Notes under the pieces: model-generated
Told to the model about the DNA's origin: nothing
Databases searched by the model: none
What the model saw: the letters and a program-made list of their open reading frames with translations, nothing else
In this document: one piece after another, positions 1 to 10,297 of the stretch
Layout: each line of letters opens with the position of its first letter
How positions within the stretch are numbered: the stretch's first letter is position 1
Assembly: GCA_965206645.1 (NCBI GenBank)
Contig: CBDBKE010000003.1
Location: 448,001 to 512,000, forward strand
Reading direction: 5' to 3'
Origin: Terriglobia bacterium
Lineage (GTDB): Bacteria; Acidobacteriota; Terriglobia; JAJPHL01; JAPKYU01
DNA length: 64,000 bases
Program-made: the position numbers and the translations under genes

Positions 1-497
1 CCTTGAACCAGTGGCTGGAGCTAGCCCCCAAGGCCCAGCCCGTCTGCAGCGATCTGGGGGCAGCGGTAAGTCTGACTGACTTCTCGATCCGCCCACCCCG
101 CGGGATGACCGAGGGAGAAGTGTTGCCCACCGGAAAGCGTCGCTTCCGGCTGTGCCGGACGCCGCACCTGCCCCACGGCTGGGACGCCGCCTTGCTGTTT
201 GAGGAAACAACGAAGACGTTGCTATGTTCGGACCTGTTCCATCAGGTGGGCAAAGTCGAGCCTCTGACGAGGTCCGATGTGGTAGGCCGATCCCGCGTGG
301 CGTTGAAAGAGTACCAGGCGGGCTTTCTCGCCGATTACGCCCCCTACACTCACTACACCGACAAGATATTTCAAAAGCTGGCCGCTTTGAAGCCCACGAA
401 ACTGGCAATCATGCACGGTTCTAGCTTTGAAGGTGACGGCGAGCGTGCGCTCCACGAATTGGGCGAAACGTTCCGAGAAATCTTTGGCGGCAAGTAG
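1..497 (+). CDS. MBL-fold metallo-hydrolase (FprA/ODP-like beta-lactamase domain), 5' end outside window
   Basis: ORF 3..497 with [16 protein letters not shown] and LAIMHGSS motifs typical of the flavodiiron-type MBL domain. Confidence 0.7.
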   Translation, partial: LNQWLELAPKAQPVCSDLGAAVSLTDFSIRPPRGMTEGEVLPTGKRRFRLCRTPHLPHGWDAALLFEETTKTLLCSDLFHQVGKVEPLTRSDVVGRSRVALKEYQAGFLADYAPYTHYTDKIFQKLAALKPTKLAIMHGSSFEGDGERALHELGETFREIFGGK

Positions 498-548
498 GAC
501 CGGCGTTACATTTGCGGGTGCCGGGGCTGGCTGCCGGCCAGCGACAAA

Positions 549-1541
549 TCACTTCGATTTGAAGCGGGGCGCGTCCGGATAGAAGGCTCGCGCACTGGCC
601 AGAAATGCGACGTAGGACGGTACCCGGGCGCCGCTTGCGTCCCGGGCGCGGGCTGTCTTGTCCTTCGCATCGAATTCGATAGTGATGGTTTTCCCGGCGA
701 ACTGGTCGGTCACCGGGGAGCCGGTCTTCTTCATCTGCTTCTTGAGCTGCGAAAAAGGATAGATTTTCGTTTTCCCGTTCAGAGTGATCACCAGCGCCGG
801 CCTCCGGTCCAAAGGAGCCCCGGCATACGGGTCCCTGGAATAGTCCCGCTGGTGTCCAGTGTCGAACGACAGCACCAGGGTTCGCGGATGCTGTTTCTTC
901 CAGCGCCCCCAAGTGGTATGCACTGAAAGCAGCACGCGGAGAGGGGTTCCGGTGAGAGTCCCGGTGGCCGCCCGGCCCAGAATCTGTGCCCACAGGCTTT
1001 CCGTCTCGCGGTCGTACATCAGCACATTGCGCTTGTAGAGCAGGCCGGAGACACCGAAGGTGTGCCGCCGGCCGTGGATTTGTGGGTCGTACACGACGCC
1101 CGCACCGACCAGCGGTCACCAGGTGACCAGCGCCGGCTGCCGGCCCACCTCGTCGTTCACGATTTCATGCCAGTTGAGGATGCGAATCGGGTAGGCCTTG
1201 GCCACGCCCTGGAATTCGACCCCCAGAACCACGTCGGAATCCCTCAACACCCGGTCCGCCTGCGCCGCCGTGACAAACTTCGGGGAGTCCAGCGCAGGAA
1301 TGCCGTCCCGCGGAGGACCCCCGCCCTGAATATCCCGGAGCGGAATCAGATGGCGCGTGACGTCAAAGGGTCTTGAGCCATGACCGGATGAGATGGTTTT
1401 CGGCTTCTTTTCGACTTTGATGGACAACTTGCGCTGCGACGCCGGGGCGCCAGGCAGAAGCCCGGCAAACAGCAGCGCCACGAGCCACAGCCTTGCCCCC
1501 TGGCGAAGACTTGTGCGTTTCAAGGCAGATCCCGAACCCAT
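549..1541 (-). CDS. DUF3179-family secreted protein, probable selenoprotein (in-frame TGA at 1118-1116 read as Sec)
   Basis: ORFs 1116..1808 and 549..1094 share a frame and are separated only by TGA: GGPPRDGIPAL...AYPIRILNWHEIVND...LVTW-TGA-PLVGAG...FGVSGLLYKRNVLMYDRETESLW. ATG 1541 has CAGGAGGT upstream and a signal-like N-terminus. Confidence 0.85.
1084..1101 (-). promoter_or_regulatory. candidate bacterial SECIS hairpin
   Basis: mRNA reads GG(C)GUCG-UGUA-CGAC-CC; the apical loop starts 22 nt after the UGA and has G at its second position. Confidence 0.55.
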
Positions 1542-1812
1542 TGGTGCGACCTCCTGAGGCGTTCTGATGTTGGACCTGACCATAAAGGCGAGTACCCACG
1601 GATGGCGCAAGTTGCAGGGGGACGAAAAAACTGCGCAATCTGCGCGCTCCGCGGACACCTCTTCGTAAGATGCCGGTAGGCTGCCTTTGGATGCGCCCTC
1701 GCCGGGGCCAGGGACCCGGTGGTCGCAGTGACGCGAGGGATTTTGGCAGCGACCCCAGGCTGGAAGATAATGTTTCCCTCCCGGCCCTGGAATTGGGTGT
1801 TGATTCATAGGA

Positions 1813-2304
1813 TCAGTCGTCGGCTCCGGCAGGGTTGTTCGCTGATCCCACGGGAACTGATCGCAGAGCAGCGTCCAAGACTACCTGAGGCACCGACACG
1901 TTCTCAACCAAATACTCCTTGGCCAGCTCACGCTGCCGCTGAAGCTCCGGGAGTTCGCGCCCATCGATGTCTCCTCCGGCCCATACCTGGGTGAGGAAAT
2001 ACTGATCTCCATATCGGTTGAAGATGAACCTCGGAGAATCATCCTCTCCCGATTTAGCTGGCACGGTGTTGGACCAGAGCAGCAAGCTTCGGCTTTCATC
2101 TTCTCCAATATGAATCATGAACACACCCTGCGGATTCGTGTACTGAACAGCGTAGCTGCCGGTCGGATACGCTGTATTCCCGACCATGAAATCAAACGGG
2201 ATGTCCGCCCAGACCTCGCTGTCAGAGTCTGCATGGACAGAGACAACTGCCAGCATGGCCAGGAGACTCGCCATCGCCAGAACCGTTAGAGCTTGCTTTT
2301 TCAT
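1813..2304 (-). CDS. secreted hypothetical beta-rich protein (IPFDF-motif family), paralog of 2495..2869
   Basis: Signal peptide ending VHA, ADIPFDFMVG and FIFNRYGDQYFLTQVW motifs, GGAGG RBS. Confidence 0.75.
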   Translation of the reverse strand: MKKQALTVLAMASLLAMLAVVSVHADSDSEVWADIPFDFMVGNTAYPTGSYAVQYTNPQGVFMIHIGEDESRSLLLWSNTVPAKSGEDDSPRFIFNRYGDQYFLTQVWAGGDIDGRELPELQRQRELAKEYLVENVSVPQVVLDAALRSVPVGSANNPAGADD

Positions 2305-2494
2305 AATAACCTCCAGTCCTTGCTTAGAATCTCGAGAAGGTGACAGTCGAAAGCTGACCGACCTCCAGGTTCAACTTGGGTGGAATTGGTCCTGCGACCA
2401 ACTCCTTTGCCGACGTACGGTACCGAACCAAAACGGCAACCCGAAGAGGGGCCATGCTCGGGTTGCCGTCTGTTTCGATAGGCTACCTGCGAGC

Positions 2495-2869
2495 TTACTG
2501 GAGCTCGCGCCCACCGAGGCCTCCTCCCACCCATACCTGGGCGAGGACATACTGATCCCCATCCCGGTTGAAGATGAGCTTCGGAGAATCATCCCCCATC
2601 ACTACCGATTTACCTTTTCTCACGGCGTTGGTGAAGGAGACTGCTGACCTACTGTGATCCAGGTTTTGAATCACGAGGGTAGTCTCGTTGCTGTTGTACT
2701 TAGCAGTGTAGGTGCCGGCCGGAAGCGTTTCATTCCCGACCACGAAAGCAAACGGGATGTCCGCCCGGACCTTCCGGACCTTGCTGTCACTATCTGCGTG
2801 GAGGGAGACCACTGACCCTATGGCCAAGAGACCCGCCATCGCCAGAATCGTTAGAGCTTGCTTTTTCAT
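2495..2869 (-). CDS. secreted hypothetical protein, tandem paralog of 1813..2304, C-terminally truncated
   Basis: Near-identical signal peptide MKKQALT, ADIPFAFVVG and LIFNRDGDQYVLAQVW motifs, AGGAGG RBS; stops at GRELQ where the paralog continues. Confidence 0.7.
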   Translation of the reverse strand: MKKQALTILAMAGLLAIGSVVSLHADSDSKVRKVRADIPFAFVVGNETLPAGTYTAKYNSNETTLVIQNLDHSRSAVSFTNAVRKGKSVVMGDDSPKLIFNRDGDQYVLAQVWVGGGLGGRELQ

Positions 2870-3115
2870 AGTGACCTCCTTGAGTTTTGTGAGAAGGGGC
2901 GGGCCACCCCGCCACTTTCGATTTCGCTTTTTTTTCAGGCAATAAATGTGATGCAACCAGAAGGCAATGAGATTCACATTCGAATCCAGAATTCGAAAGC
3001 CTCGACTGGTAGCGACACGCCATCGTCGGCGATCCTCAAAAGAGCGGAGAAGGCAGCCGGCACCTGCGGCAAAGGCTCCCGGCAGGGCTCACGGCAAATG
3101 CACTAGAATGGCACT

Positions 3116-3799
3116 GTGGCCGGCGCGGTGGAACTGCTGGGAGTGAGGCGGGTGTATACCGCCAACGGCCGCGAAGTGGTCGCGGTGTCGGACGTTACTG
3201 CCTCGTTTTCCTCCGGCAGCTTCACCGCCCTGATGGGGCGCAGCGGCTGCGGTAAGAGCACGCTGTTAAACCTGGCCGGGGCGATGGACCGGCCGACAGC
3301 CGGCGAAGTGCGCCTCCTGGGACAGCCCACCCGCGCGCTGTCCGACGATGCGCTCACCCGCTTGCGCCGCCGCCAGGTGGGCTTCGTCTTCCAGTTCTTC
3401 AACCTGCTGCCAACGCTGAGCGTTCAGGAGAACGTCGAGTTGCCCCTGCTGCTGGACGGGCGCCGCGATGGCGCCGGGCCCGTCCGCCGGGTGCTGGAAC
3501 AGGTGGAGTTGTGGGACCGGGGCCGGGATTATCCGCACCAGCTCTCGGGAGGCGAGATGCAGCGGGTGGCCATTGCCCGGGCCCTGGCGCACGGGCCCGC
3601 CGTGCTGCTTGCCGACGAACCCACGGGCAACCTGGACAGCGCCACGGCCCAGACGGTCCTGGAGCTGATGGCTTGCACCTGCCGCGAGTTGGGAGTCACC
3701 GTGATCCTGGCTACTCACAGCCGCGAGGCCGCGGCCTTCGCCGATCGCTTGCTGTTGATGCGCGACGGACGCATCGAGAGTGAGAAGTCCAATGCCTAA
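3116..3799 (+). CDS. ABC transporter ATP-binding protein (LolD/MacB-like)
   Basis: Walker [10 protein letters not shown], signature LSGGE, Walker [13 protein letters not shown]-loop ATH. Confidence 0.95.
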   Translation: MAGAVELLGVRRVYTANGREVVAVSDVTASFSSGSFTALMGRSGCGKSTLLNLAGAMDRPTAGEVRLLGQPTRALSDDALTRLRRRQVGFVFQFFNLLPTLSVQENVELPLLLDGRRDGAGPVRRVLEQVELWDRGRDYPHQLSGGEMQRVAIARALAHGPAVLLADEPTGNLDSATAQTVLELMACTCRELGVTVILATHSREAAAFADRLLLMRDGRIESEKSNA

Positions 3800-3878
3800 G
3801 GTCCAAAGTCCAGAGTCGGAACGCCCCCCTGTCCGGCTACGACTTTGGACCTTGGACTTTGGACTTCAGACTAAGACT
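3798..3878. repeat. imperfect inverted array of heptamer repeats (GTCCAAA / GACTTTG)
   Basis: AAGGTCCAAAGTCCAGAGTC followed after about 20 nt by GACTTTG GACCTTG GACTTTG GACTTCA GACTAA GACT. Confidence 0.75.
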
Positions 3879-6459
3879 CTTCCGCAGCTTCATCCTCCGC
3901 CCGCTGTGGAACGACATCCTGCGCACCCTGCTGAGCGTGGTCGCGGTGGCGCTGGGTATCGGCGCGGTGGTAGCCATCCAGCTGGCCAACCGGAGCGCTA
4001 TCTCCTCCTTCCAGGAGTCGGTCACCGAGATTAGCGGCCGGGCCAACCTCAGCATCACGGCCCTGGTTCCCTTCAACGAGCAATTGCTGCCCGTTGTTTA
4101 CAACGCGTTTGCGGGACAGCAGGCGGAAGTCGAGATCGCGCCTGTGGTGGAAGGCAGCGTGGTTGAGCCACGCTCGGGCGAGGCCCTGGAGATACTGGCC
4201 GTGGACCTGGCCACCGATCGGGCGGTGCGCGACATTGCCACTGAAGGGGCCACCGAAGGGGCCACCGAGGGGGCCGCTGAAGGGCGGCCCACCACCCGCG
4301 ACCTGCTGTTGTTGTTGACCGACCCAAATTCGCTGTTGCTGGGCCGCGGGTTCGCCACCCGCCACCACCTCCGGTCAGGCAGTGAGCTGACCCTGGTGGC
4401 CAACGACCGCCCGCAGAAGTTCACCGTCCGTGGCGTCCTTGCCGATTCGGGACCAGGCCGGGCACTGGCGGGCAATATCGCCGTGATGGACATAGCGGCT
4501 GGCCAGTTGCTGTTCGGTCGCCAGGGCAAGCTGGATCGCATTGACATGGTGGTGCCTCCGGAACGGCTAGCGAAAACGCGCGCTCGGCTGGCGCCGCTGC
4601 TGCCACCCGGTGTCTCCCTGGAGAGGCCGCGGGCGCGCGGGGAGCAGGTGGAGAAGATGCTGCGCGCCTTTCGCTTGAACCTTTCGGCCTTGAGCCTGGT
4701 TTCGCTGATCGTGGGGGCGTTTCTTATCTACAACACAATTGCCATCTCGGTAGTGCGCCGGCGGCCGGAGGTGGGGGCGCTGCGGGCCGTGGGGGCCACG
4801 CGCTCCGCCGTGGTGGGGCTGTTTCTGGCCGAAGCCGCACTGCTCGGCCTGGCGGGCTCGGTCGTTGGAATTCTGTTGGGCCGCCTGATGGCCGGCCAGG
4901 CCCTGAAGTTGGTGGCCGCCACAGTGAATGCCCTGTGGGTGAGCGTCGTTGCCGCCCCGGTTGCTCTCAGCTGGCATCTGGCGGGGTTCGCTCTGGCGGT
5001 AGGTGTCAGTGCTGCTTTGCTGGCGGCACTCGGGCCAGCACTGGAGGCTGCCCGTGTGGAAACCGCCGACGCGCTCCGCCGCGGAGCCCACGAGCGCGCT
5101 CGGCGCCTGCGCCTGCGACGCAGTGCCGCTGCTGGTCTGCTGGTGCTGGCGGCTGCCTACGGCGCGGCTCGCCTGCCCGCGGTCGAAGCCGGGCCCGTCT
5201 TCGGCTACGTCGCGGCCGTGCTCCTAGTAGCGGCGTTCGCGCTACTGATGCCTGCGCTGATGGCTGGTTACTCTGGCATTTGCTCGACGCTGCTAGGCCG
5301 GGCGGGAACGATCACCGGGACGCTGGCCGCTCGCAGCCTGGGCGCCGCGCTGGGGCGCGCCTCCGTGCTGGCCATGGCGCTGACCACTGCAATCGCCATG
5401 ATGGCCAGCGTGGCCATCATGGTCACCAGCTTTCGCCGCACCGTCGAGCTTTGGAGCGAGCAGACACTGCGCGCCGACCTCTTCATTCGTGCTCCGGGCA
5501 GCCGCAGCGGGCGCGTGCGCTCGGCCACTATCTCGCCGGAAACCGTCCAGGCCATCCGCCAGACGCCGGGGGTGGCCGCCGTGGATGCGTTTCGCTCGGT
5601 GGAGATCACGTTCCGCGGTGCGCCTGCGTTTCTTGCATCCGTCGACTGGGAGGTGCTCAGCCACTACGGCAACCTGATGTTTCTTGACGGGCGCCCGGCG
5701 GCGGAAGTGCTCCGCCCCGAACTCGATGCCGTCATCGTCAGCGAACCGTTCTCGCTGCGGCACGGTGTGCGGCGAGGTGACACGATCGTGCTGCCCACTC
5801 CCTCAGGAGACCAACCATTCCGGGTGCAGGGGGTTTACTACGACTACTCGAGTGACCAGGGCTATGCGGCGATGAACCGGCGCGACTGGCTGCGCTGGGG
5901 CGGGGACCCCGGAGCCACCAGCCTGGCGGTGTACCTGGCGCCGAGGGCCGATGGCGCCCAGGTGCGGGCTGAAATTGCGCGGCGCACGGCGGGGCGCGCC
6001 CTGCTCACCTCCAACCGCGAGCTGAAAGCCAGAGTGCTGCACATTTTTGATCGCACCTTTGCCATCACCTGGGTACTGGAAGCGATCGCCATTTGCGTGG
6101 CGATCCTGGGCATCGCCAACGCGCTGCTGGCCCTGGTGCTGGAGCGGCGCCGCGAACTCGGCATCCTGCGCTACCTGGGTGCCAGCCGCAGCCAGCTGCG
6201 CGACCTGGTGTTGTTCGAATCCGGGTTGCTGGGCCTGCTGGCATCGGCCGCCGGCCTGGTGCTGGGCCTGGTGCTTTCGTTGGTGCTGATCTACGTGATC
6301 AACCGCCAGTCGTTCGGCTGGACGATTCAGTTCTCCCTGCCCGTTGGCTTCTTGAGTGTGGCAACGCTGGCAGTTTTTCTGGTCACCTGTCTCAGCGCAC
6401 TCTATCCGGCGCGCCAGGCGGCCCGGATTGACCCGGTCGAGGCCGTTCTGATTGAGTAA
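3859..6459 (+). CDS. FtsX-like/MacB ABC transporter permease (two FtsX domains, AttF/G-like)
   Basis: 866 aa with two RRxE(I/L)GxLRx(V/L)GA motifs, multiple TM segments and periplasmic domains; start codon uncertain (TTG). Confidence 0.9.
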   Translation: MDFRLRLFRSFILRPLWNDILRTLLSVVAVALGIGAVVAIQLANRSAISSFQESVTEISGRANLSITALVPFNEQLLPVVYNAFAGQQAEVEIAPVVEGSVVEPRSGEALEILAVDLATDRAVRDIATEGATEGATEGAAEGRPTTRDLLLLLTDPNSLLLGRGFATRHHLRSGSELTLVANDRPQKFTVRGVLADSGPGRALAGNIAVMDIAAGQLLFGRQGKLDRIDMVVPPERLAKTRARLAPLLPPGVSLERPRARGEQVEKMLRAFRLNLSALSLVSLIVGAFLIYNTIAISVVRRRPEVGALRAVGATRSAVVGLFLAEAALLGLAGSVVGILLGRLMAGQALKLVAATVNALWVSVVAAPVALSWHLAGFALAVGVSAALLAALGPALEAARVETADALRRGAHERARRLRLRRSAAAGLLVLAAAYGAARLPAVEAGPVFGYVAAVLLVAAFALLMPALMAGYSGICSTLLGRAGTITGTLAARSLGAALGRASVLAMALTTAIAMMASVAIMVTSFRRTVELWSEQTLRADLFIRAPGSRSGRVRSATISPETVQAIRQTPGVAAVDAFRSVEITFRGAPAFLASVDWEVLSHYGNLMFLDGRPAAEVLRPELDAVIVSEPFSLRHGVRRGDTIVLPTPSGDQPFRVQGVYYDYSSDQGYAAMNRRDWLRWGGDPGATSLAVYLAPRADGAQVRAEIARRTAGRALLTSNRELKARVLHIFDRTFAITWVLEAIAICVAILGIANALLALVLERRRELGILRYLGASRSQLRDLVLFESGLLGLLASAAGLVLGLVLSLVLIYVINRQSFGWTIQFSLPVGFLSVATLAVFLVTCLSALYPARQAARIDPVEAVLIE
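4237..4284 (+). repeat. 12-bp tandem repeat x4 (ATEG ATEG ATEG AAEG) inside permease
   Basis: GCCACTGAAGGG GCCACCGAAGGG GCCACCGAGGGG GCCGCTGAAGGG. Confidence 0.9.
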
Positions 6460-6576
6460 AAAAGGTTGAGTCCTTAGGCCGAATCCTGCCAGCCCAGGGC
6501 ATTGCGGCAATGGATTGTGATAGCGGGGGCGAACGGGTCTACAATGGCATCTCGCAAGGCCAGTTGGGAGGAAGCG

Positions 6577-8220
6577 GTGAGAAAGCTGCTGTTGGTTGCG
6601 GGTATTGTGGTCGCACTGGTGGTGGTGGCGGCGTTCATTCTGCCCTATTTCCTGTTTGACGCCGAGACCCAGCGCGGCATCATTGCCTCCCGCCTGGAAA
6701 CTGCGCTCGGCCGCAAGGTGACGCTGGGGAAAGTGCGGCTGGGTCTGCTCCCGCCCGCGTTGCACCTCTACGACCCCGAGATTGCCGAACGTCTCGGCTT
6801 CCCCGGCACGGCCTTTTCCACCGCCGAGGGCATGCGGGCGCGCGTGCGCCTGTTCCCCCTGCTGCGCGGCCGCCTGGAAGTGCCGTCCGTCGAGTTGGAC
6901 GAACCGACAGTGCACCTGGTGAAAAACAGGCGAGGTGAATGGAACTTCGCCACCCTGGGCCAGCCCGGGGGCCAGCCCGGGGGCCAGACCGAGGGTCAGC
7001 GCAAGGGAAAGAAGAAGCCCTCAGACGCCGCCTCATCGCCGCCGCTCGAGATCGATGAACTCCGGATTCGCAACGGCACGCTCACCGTAACCGACCTACA
7101 AAAGCGCCAACCCAAAGTCACCTTCGACCGCATTTTTGTCACGCTGACGAACTTCTCGCCCGAGCGGCCTTTTGACTGGGAGGTTTCCGTCCGCCCGCCC
7201 GGCCACAAGAAAGCCACCATCGAGACGGAGGGGCGCGGCGGGCCTGTAGACCGCGACAATCTGGCAGCCTCGCCAGCGAAGGGCGTGGTGGAGTTCAAAA
7301 ATGTGGAGCTGGCGGGGCTGGCTCCGTTCACCGGCCAGCCGGGCCTATCCGGCTTGTTCGGCGGCCAGGCCAACTTCTCCAGTGACGGCAAGGCGGCGCA
7401 GGTCGAAGGCAAGTACCGCATCGCGCGCCTGCGGCTCAGCCCCAAGGCTGGCGTGGCGCAGGCGCCTGTCTCCGGGCGTTTCCAGTTGCAGTACGACAGC
7501 AAGCGGAACCGATTGCGCGTGCAGCAGTTCCAAATGGGCACCGGCAAGGCGGTGGCTCACACCACCGGCCAGGTGCGGCTGGGAAGACGCGCAACGGCGA
7601 ATCTGAAAACCAGTCTGTCCAACGCGCCTCTGGCGGACCTTGCCCGGCTGCTGCCTGCGCTGGGAGTGAAGTTGCCCCCTGGCAGTTCATTGACCGGCGG
7701 CACGCTCACCGGCGAGATGAAGGTGCGCGGCCCCCTGCAAAGCCCCTCCCGAAGCGGCCATGTGGAAGTCACCAATGCGCGGCTGGCCAACTACAACGTC
7801 GCCGGGAAAATGGGAGGCGTCATCCGCCTGGCCGGCGTGGATACCGGCGGGAAAGACACCGTCATCGAGCAGTTCAAGACCAAGTTTGCCAGCAAGAAGG
7901 GCTACACCAAACTCACCGACCTGCTGCTGGTGATTCCCGGCCTGAAGATCGCCGGCAACGGCGGCTTCGCCGACGACGGCCCGCTCGACTTCCGGGGCAC
8001 GGCGACACTGACGCGCGCCGAGGGAGCCGCCGTGGCCGGGCTGCTTCAGGCGGTCACCGGCACCTCCGGCACCATCCCCTTCCGCGTCACCGGCACCCTG
8101 GAGAACCCTGTCTTCCAGCCCGACGTGGGCGGCCTGGTAAAGCAGCGCGCCGCCGAGCAACAGCCCGCCGACGCGGAGCAGTTCCTCAAAGGCCTCAGCT
8201 CCCTCTTCCAGAAGCAGTAG
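6577..8220 (+). CDS. AsmA family protein
   Basis: N-terminal TM anchor, LETALGRKVTLG, VRLFPLLRG, VHLVKNRRGEWNFATL and C-terminal IPFRVTGTLENP; GTG 6577 has GGAGGA RBS. Confidence 0.85.
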   Translation: MRKLLLVAGIVVALVVVAAFILPYFLFDAETQRGIIASRLETALGRKVTLGKVRLGLLPPALHLYDPEIAERLGFPGTAFSTAEGMRARVRLFPLLRGRLEVPSVELDEPTVHLVKNRRGEWNFATLGQPGGQPGGQTEGQRKGKKKPSDAASSPPLEIDELRIRNGTLTVTDLQKRQPKVTFDRIFVTLTNFSPERPFDWEVSVRPPGHKKATIETEGRGGPVDRDNLAASPAKGVVEFKNVELAGLAPFTGQPGLSGLFGGQANFSSDGKAAQVEGKYRIARLRLSPKAGVAQAPVSGRFQLQYDSKRNRLRVQQFQMGTGKAVAHTTGQVRLGRRATANLKTSLSNAPLADLARLLPALGVKLPPGSSLTGGTLTGEMKVRGPLQSPSRSGHVEVTNARLANYNVAGKMGGVIRLAGVDTGGKDTVIEQFKTKFASKKGYTKLTDLLLVIPGLKIAGNGGFADDGPLDFRGTATLTRAEGAAVAGLLQAVTGTSGTIPFRVTGTLENPVFQPDVGGLVKQRAAEQQPADAEQFLKGLSSLFQKQ

Positions 8221-8261
8221 CGCTCAATTTCCGACTCGCCGACGAGCATTCTTGAATGGGC

Positions 8262-9683
8262 TTATTTCCCGATACAGAAGGTGGAGAAGATTTGGTTGAG
8301 GATGTCTTCGATGGTGGTTTGGCCGGTGATGGCGTCCAGGGGGCGAAGGGCGTTGTAAAGGTCTAGCAGCAGCATTTCGTGTGGGATGTTTTGCTCGACC
8401 GCCCCGCGTGCCGCGCCCAAAGCTTCCAGCGAATCGCGGAGCAGACGCTCGTGGCGGATATTGGTGAGGAAGCCGGTTTCGCGGGAGCCATCGAGACCAG
8501 GCAGCGCGCCCTCGACAATGGCGCGGCGCAGTTCCGGGACGCCCTGGCCGGTGAGCGCCGAGACCAGCCAGGGGCCGGCCGGTTGGGAAGCTCCGTCATC
8601 GCCGGGCTTCAGTTCCCGCTTGCCCAGATCTAACTCAACCGGCGGCGGCCGCAGGTCCACCTTGTTCCAAACCACCAATGCGGTGCCGGCGGCCCGGCTC
8701 CGCTCCAGCAGCTCACGGTCTTCGGCCGGCAGGCCAGCGCTTGAGTCCAGCACCACCAGCGCCAGGTCCGAGTCGGCCAGCGCCTCATAGGACTTGCGCA
8801 CCCCGATGGACTCAGCTTCATCCCGAGAGTGGCGAATGCCAGCCGTATCCACCAGCTTCACCGGGATACCTTCCAGATTAACCACCTCGGTCACCAAATC
8901 GCGCGTGGTACCGGGCACGGCAGTGACAATGGCCCGGTCGTGCTCAACCAGGCGGTTAAACAGGCTGGACTTGCCGACGTTCGGGCGGCCAAGAATGGCC
9001 AGCGTCAGCCCCTCCTGCACGACACGCCCGAAGCGGAAGGTTTCCGCGTAGGCTTCCAGGCCCGCGTGGACGCGCCGGATGCGCTCCAGAATTTCTGGCG
9101 AAGGCAAAACGGAGACATCGTCCTCAGCAAAATCAATCCCCGCCTCGAGCAGCGCAATCAGGCCCACCAGTTCCTTCTTGACGGGGGCCAGGCGGCGGGC
9201 GACCGCACCGCCCATCTGCTGGGCAGCGACGCGGGCCTGGTAGAGGGTCTGAGCCTCGATCAGATCGCGCACCGCCTCGGCCTGGGCCAGGTCCAGGCGG
9301 CCGTTGAGGAAGGCGCGCATGGTGAACTCGCCCGGCTCGGCCAGCCGCGCGCCCTGTGCGGTAGCGCGCTCCAGCAGGAAGCGCAGCAGGACCGGGGCAC
9401 CGTGGCAGTTCACCTCAACGACATCCTCGGCGGTATAGGAATGGGGCTTGCGAAAATAGGTAACCACCACCTGGTCAACTGCCTCGCCCGGCATCCCGCC
9501 CTCGGGCCCCAGCAGCTCACCCAAGGTGGCGTGACGCGGCTGCGGCTCCGCTTGCGTTTCCCCTTTGAGACGCACCAACTGGCAGACGATCGGCAGCGCC
9601 TCGGGGCCCGAAAAGCGCACCACTCCGATGCCGCCACGCCCGGGCGGAGTGGAAATGGCCACGATGGTGTCATCGGTGTGCAT
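8262..9683 (-). CDS. mnmE: tRNA modification GTPase MnmE
   Basis: [37 protein letters not shown] and C-terminal FCIGK. Confidence 0.98.
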   Translation of the reverse strand: MHTDDTIVAISTPPGRGGIGVVRFSGPEALPIVCQLVRLKGETQAEPQPRHATLGELLGPEGGMPGEAVDQVVVTYFRKPHSYTAEDVVEVNCHGAPVLLRFLLERATAQGARLAEPGEFTMRAFLNGRLDLAQAEAVRDLIEAQTLYQARVAAQQMGGAVARRLAPVKKELVGLIALLEAGIDFAEDDVSVLPSPEILERIRRVHAGLEAYAETFRFGRVVQEGLTLAILGRPNVGKSSLFNRLVEHDRAIVTAVPGTTRDLVTEVVNLEGIPVKLVDTAGIRHSRDEAESIGVRKSYEALADSDLALVVLDSSAGLPAEDRELLERSRAAGTALVVWNKVDLRPPPVELDLGKRELKPGDDGASQPAGPWLVSALTGQGVPELRRAIVEGALPGLDGSRETGFLTNIRHERLLRDSLEALGAARGAVEQNIPHEMLLLDLYNALRPLDAITGQTTIEDILNQIFSTFCIGK

Positions 9684-9743
9684 GCAATCCAGGCAGGCCA
9701 GGAAGCCTGTCGCTCAGATAGGAGCTAGGCGGAATAGCACCGG

Positions 9744-10289
9744 TCAGCGCGAGGGGCGCCGGCCCCCGAGCGGCTGCCGTGCCGGCGAGGGCTCTGCGGA
9801 GTGAATCACCACGTGGCGGTGGGGTCCCACGCCCTCGCTTTGGGTGCGTACCTCAGCTTCCTCTCGAAGTGCCATGTGGATCACCCGGCGCTCGCGGGAG
9901 CTCATGGGGTTGAACGTGTGAGTCACTCCGGTGCGGCGCACGCGGTCGGCGGCCGCCTGAGCAGCCAGTTGCAGCTCGTCCATGCGCATCATGCGGTACT
10001 CATTGCAGTCGAACAAGATGCGCTCGCGGTACCCGGGAGGCACGCCGATCGCCTCGAAGACCACGTGCTCCAACGCCTGCAGCAGCTCGCCCTTGTTCTC
10101 TATGAGCAGACCGGTGTCCTGGCCCTCGAAACTCACCACCAAGTCCGGGTTTTCAAACGGACGGTTGTACCAGCCCGTTGTGCGCTGCACCTGGAAGGTC
10201 AACTCGAGCCCCATTCGTTGCACAATGGCGGCCAGCAGCGGCTGGACTCGATCCGCGATCTGCTCTGGCTGGAACTGGAACTCGCTCAC
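9744..10289 (-). CDS. jag: Jag/KhpB-like KH + R3H RNA-binding protein
   Basis: PMSSRERRVIHMAL R3H motif and SEGVGPHRHVVI; lies between yidC and mnmE; GTG start inferred. Confidence 0.85.
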   Translation of the reverse strand: MSEFQFQPEQIADRVQPLLAAIVQRMGLELTFQVQRTTGWYNRPFENPDLVVSFEGQDTGLLIENKGELLQALEHVVFEAIGVPPGYRERILFDCNEYRMMRMDELQLAAQAAADRVRRTGVTHTFNPMSSRERRVIHMALREEAEVRTQSEGVGPHRHVVIHSAEPSPARQPLGGRRPSR

Positions 10290-10297
10290 GGCTGTTT

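Noticed and set aside
2898-2936. GGCGGG/CCCGCC hairpin with a later T run as a terminator
   Set aside because: T run is about 14 nt from the stem and no plus-strand gene ends there
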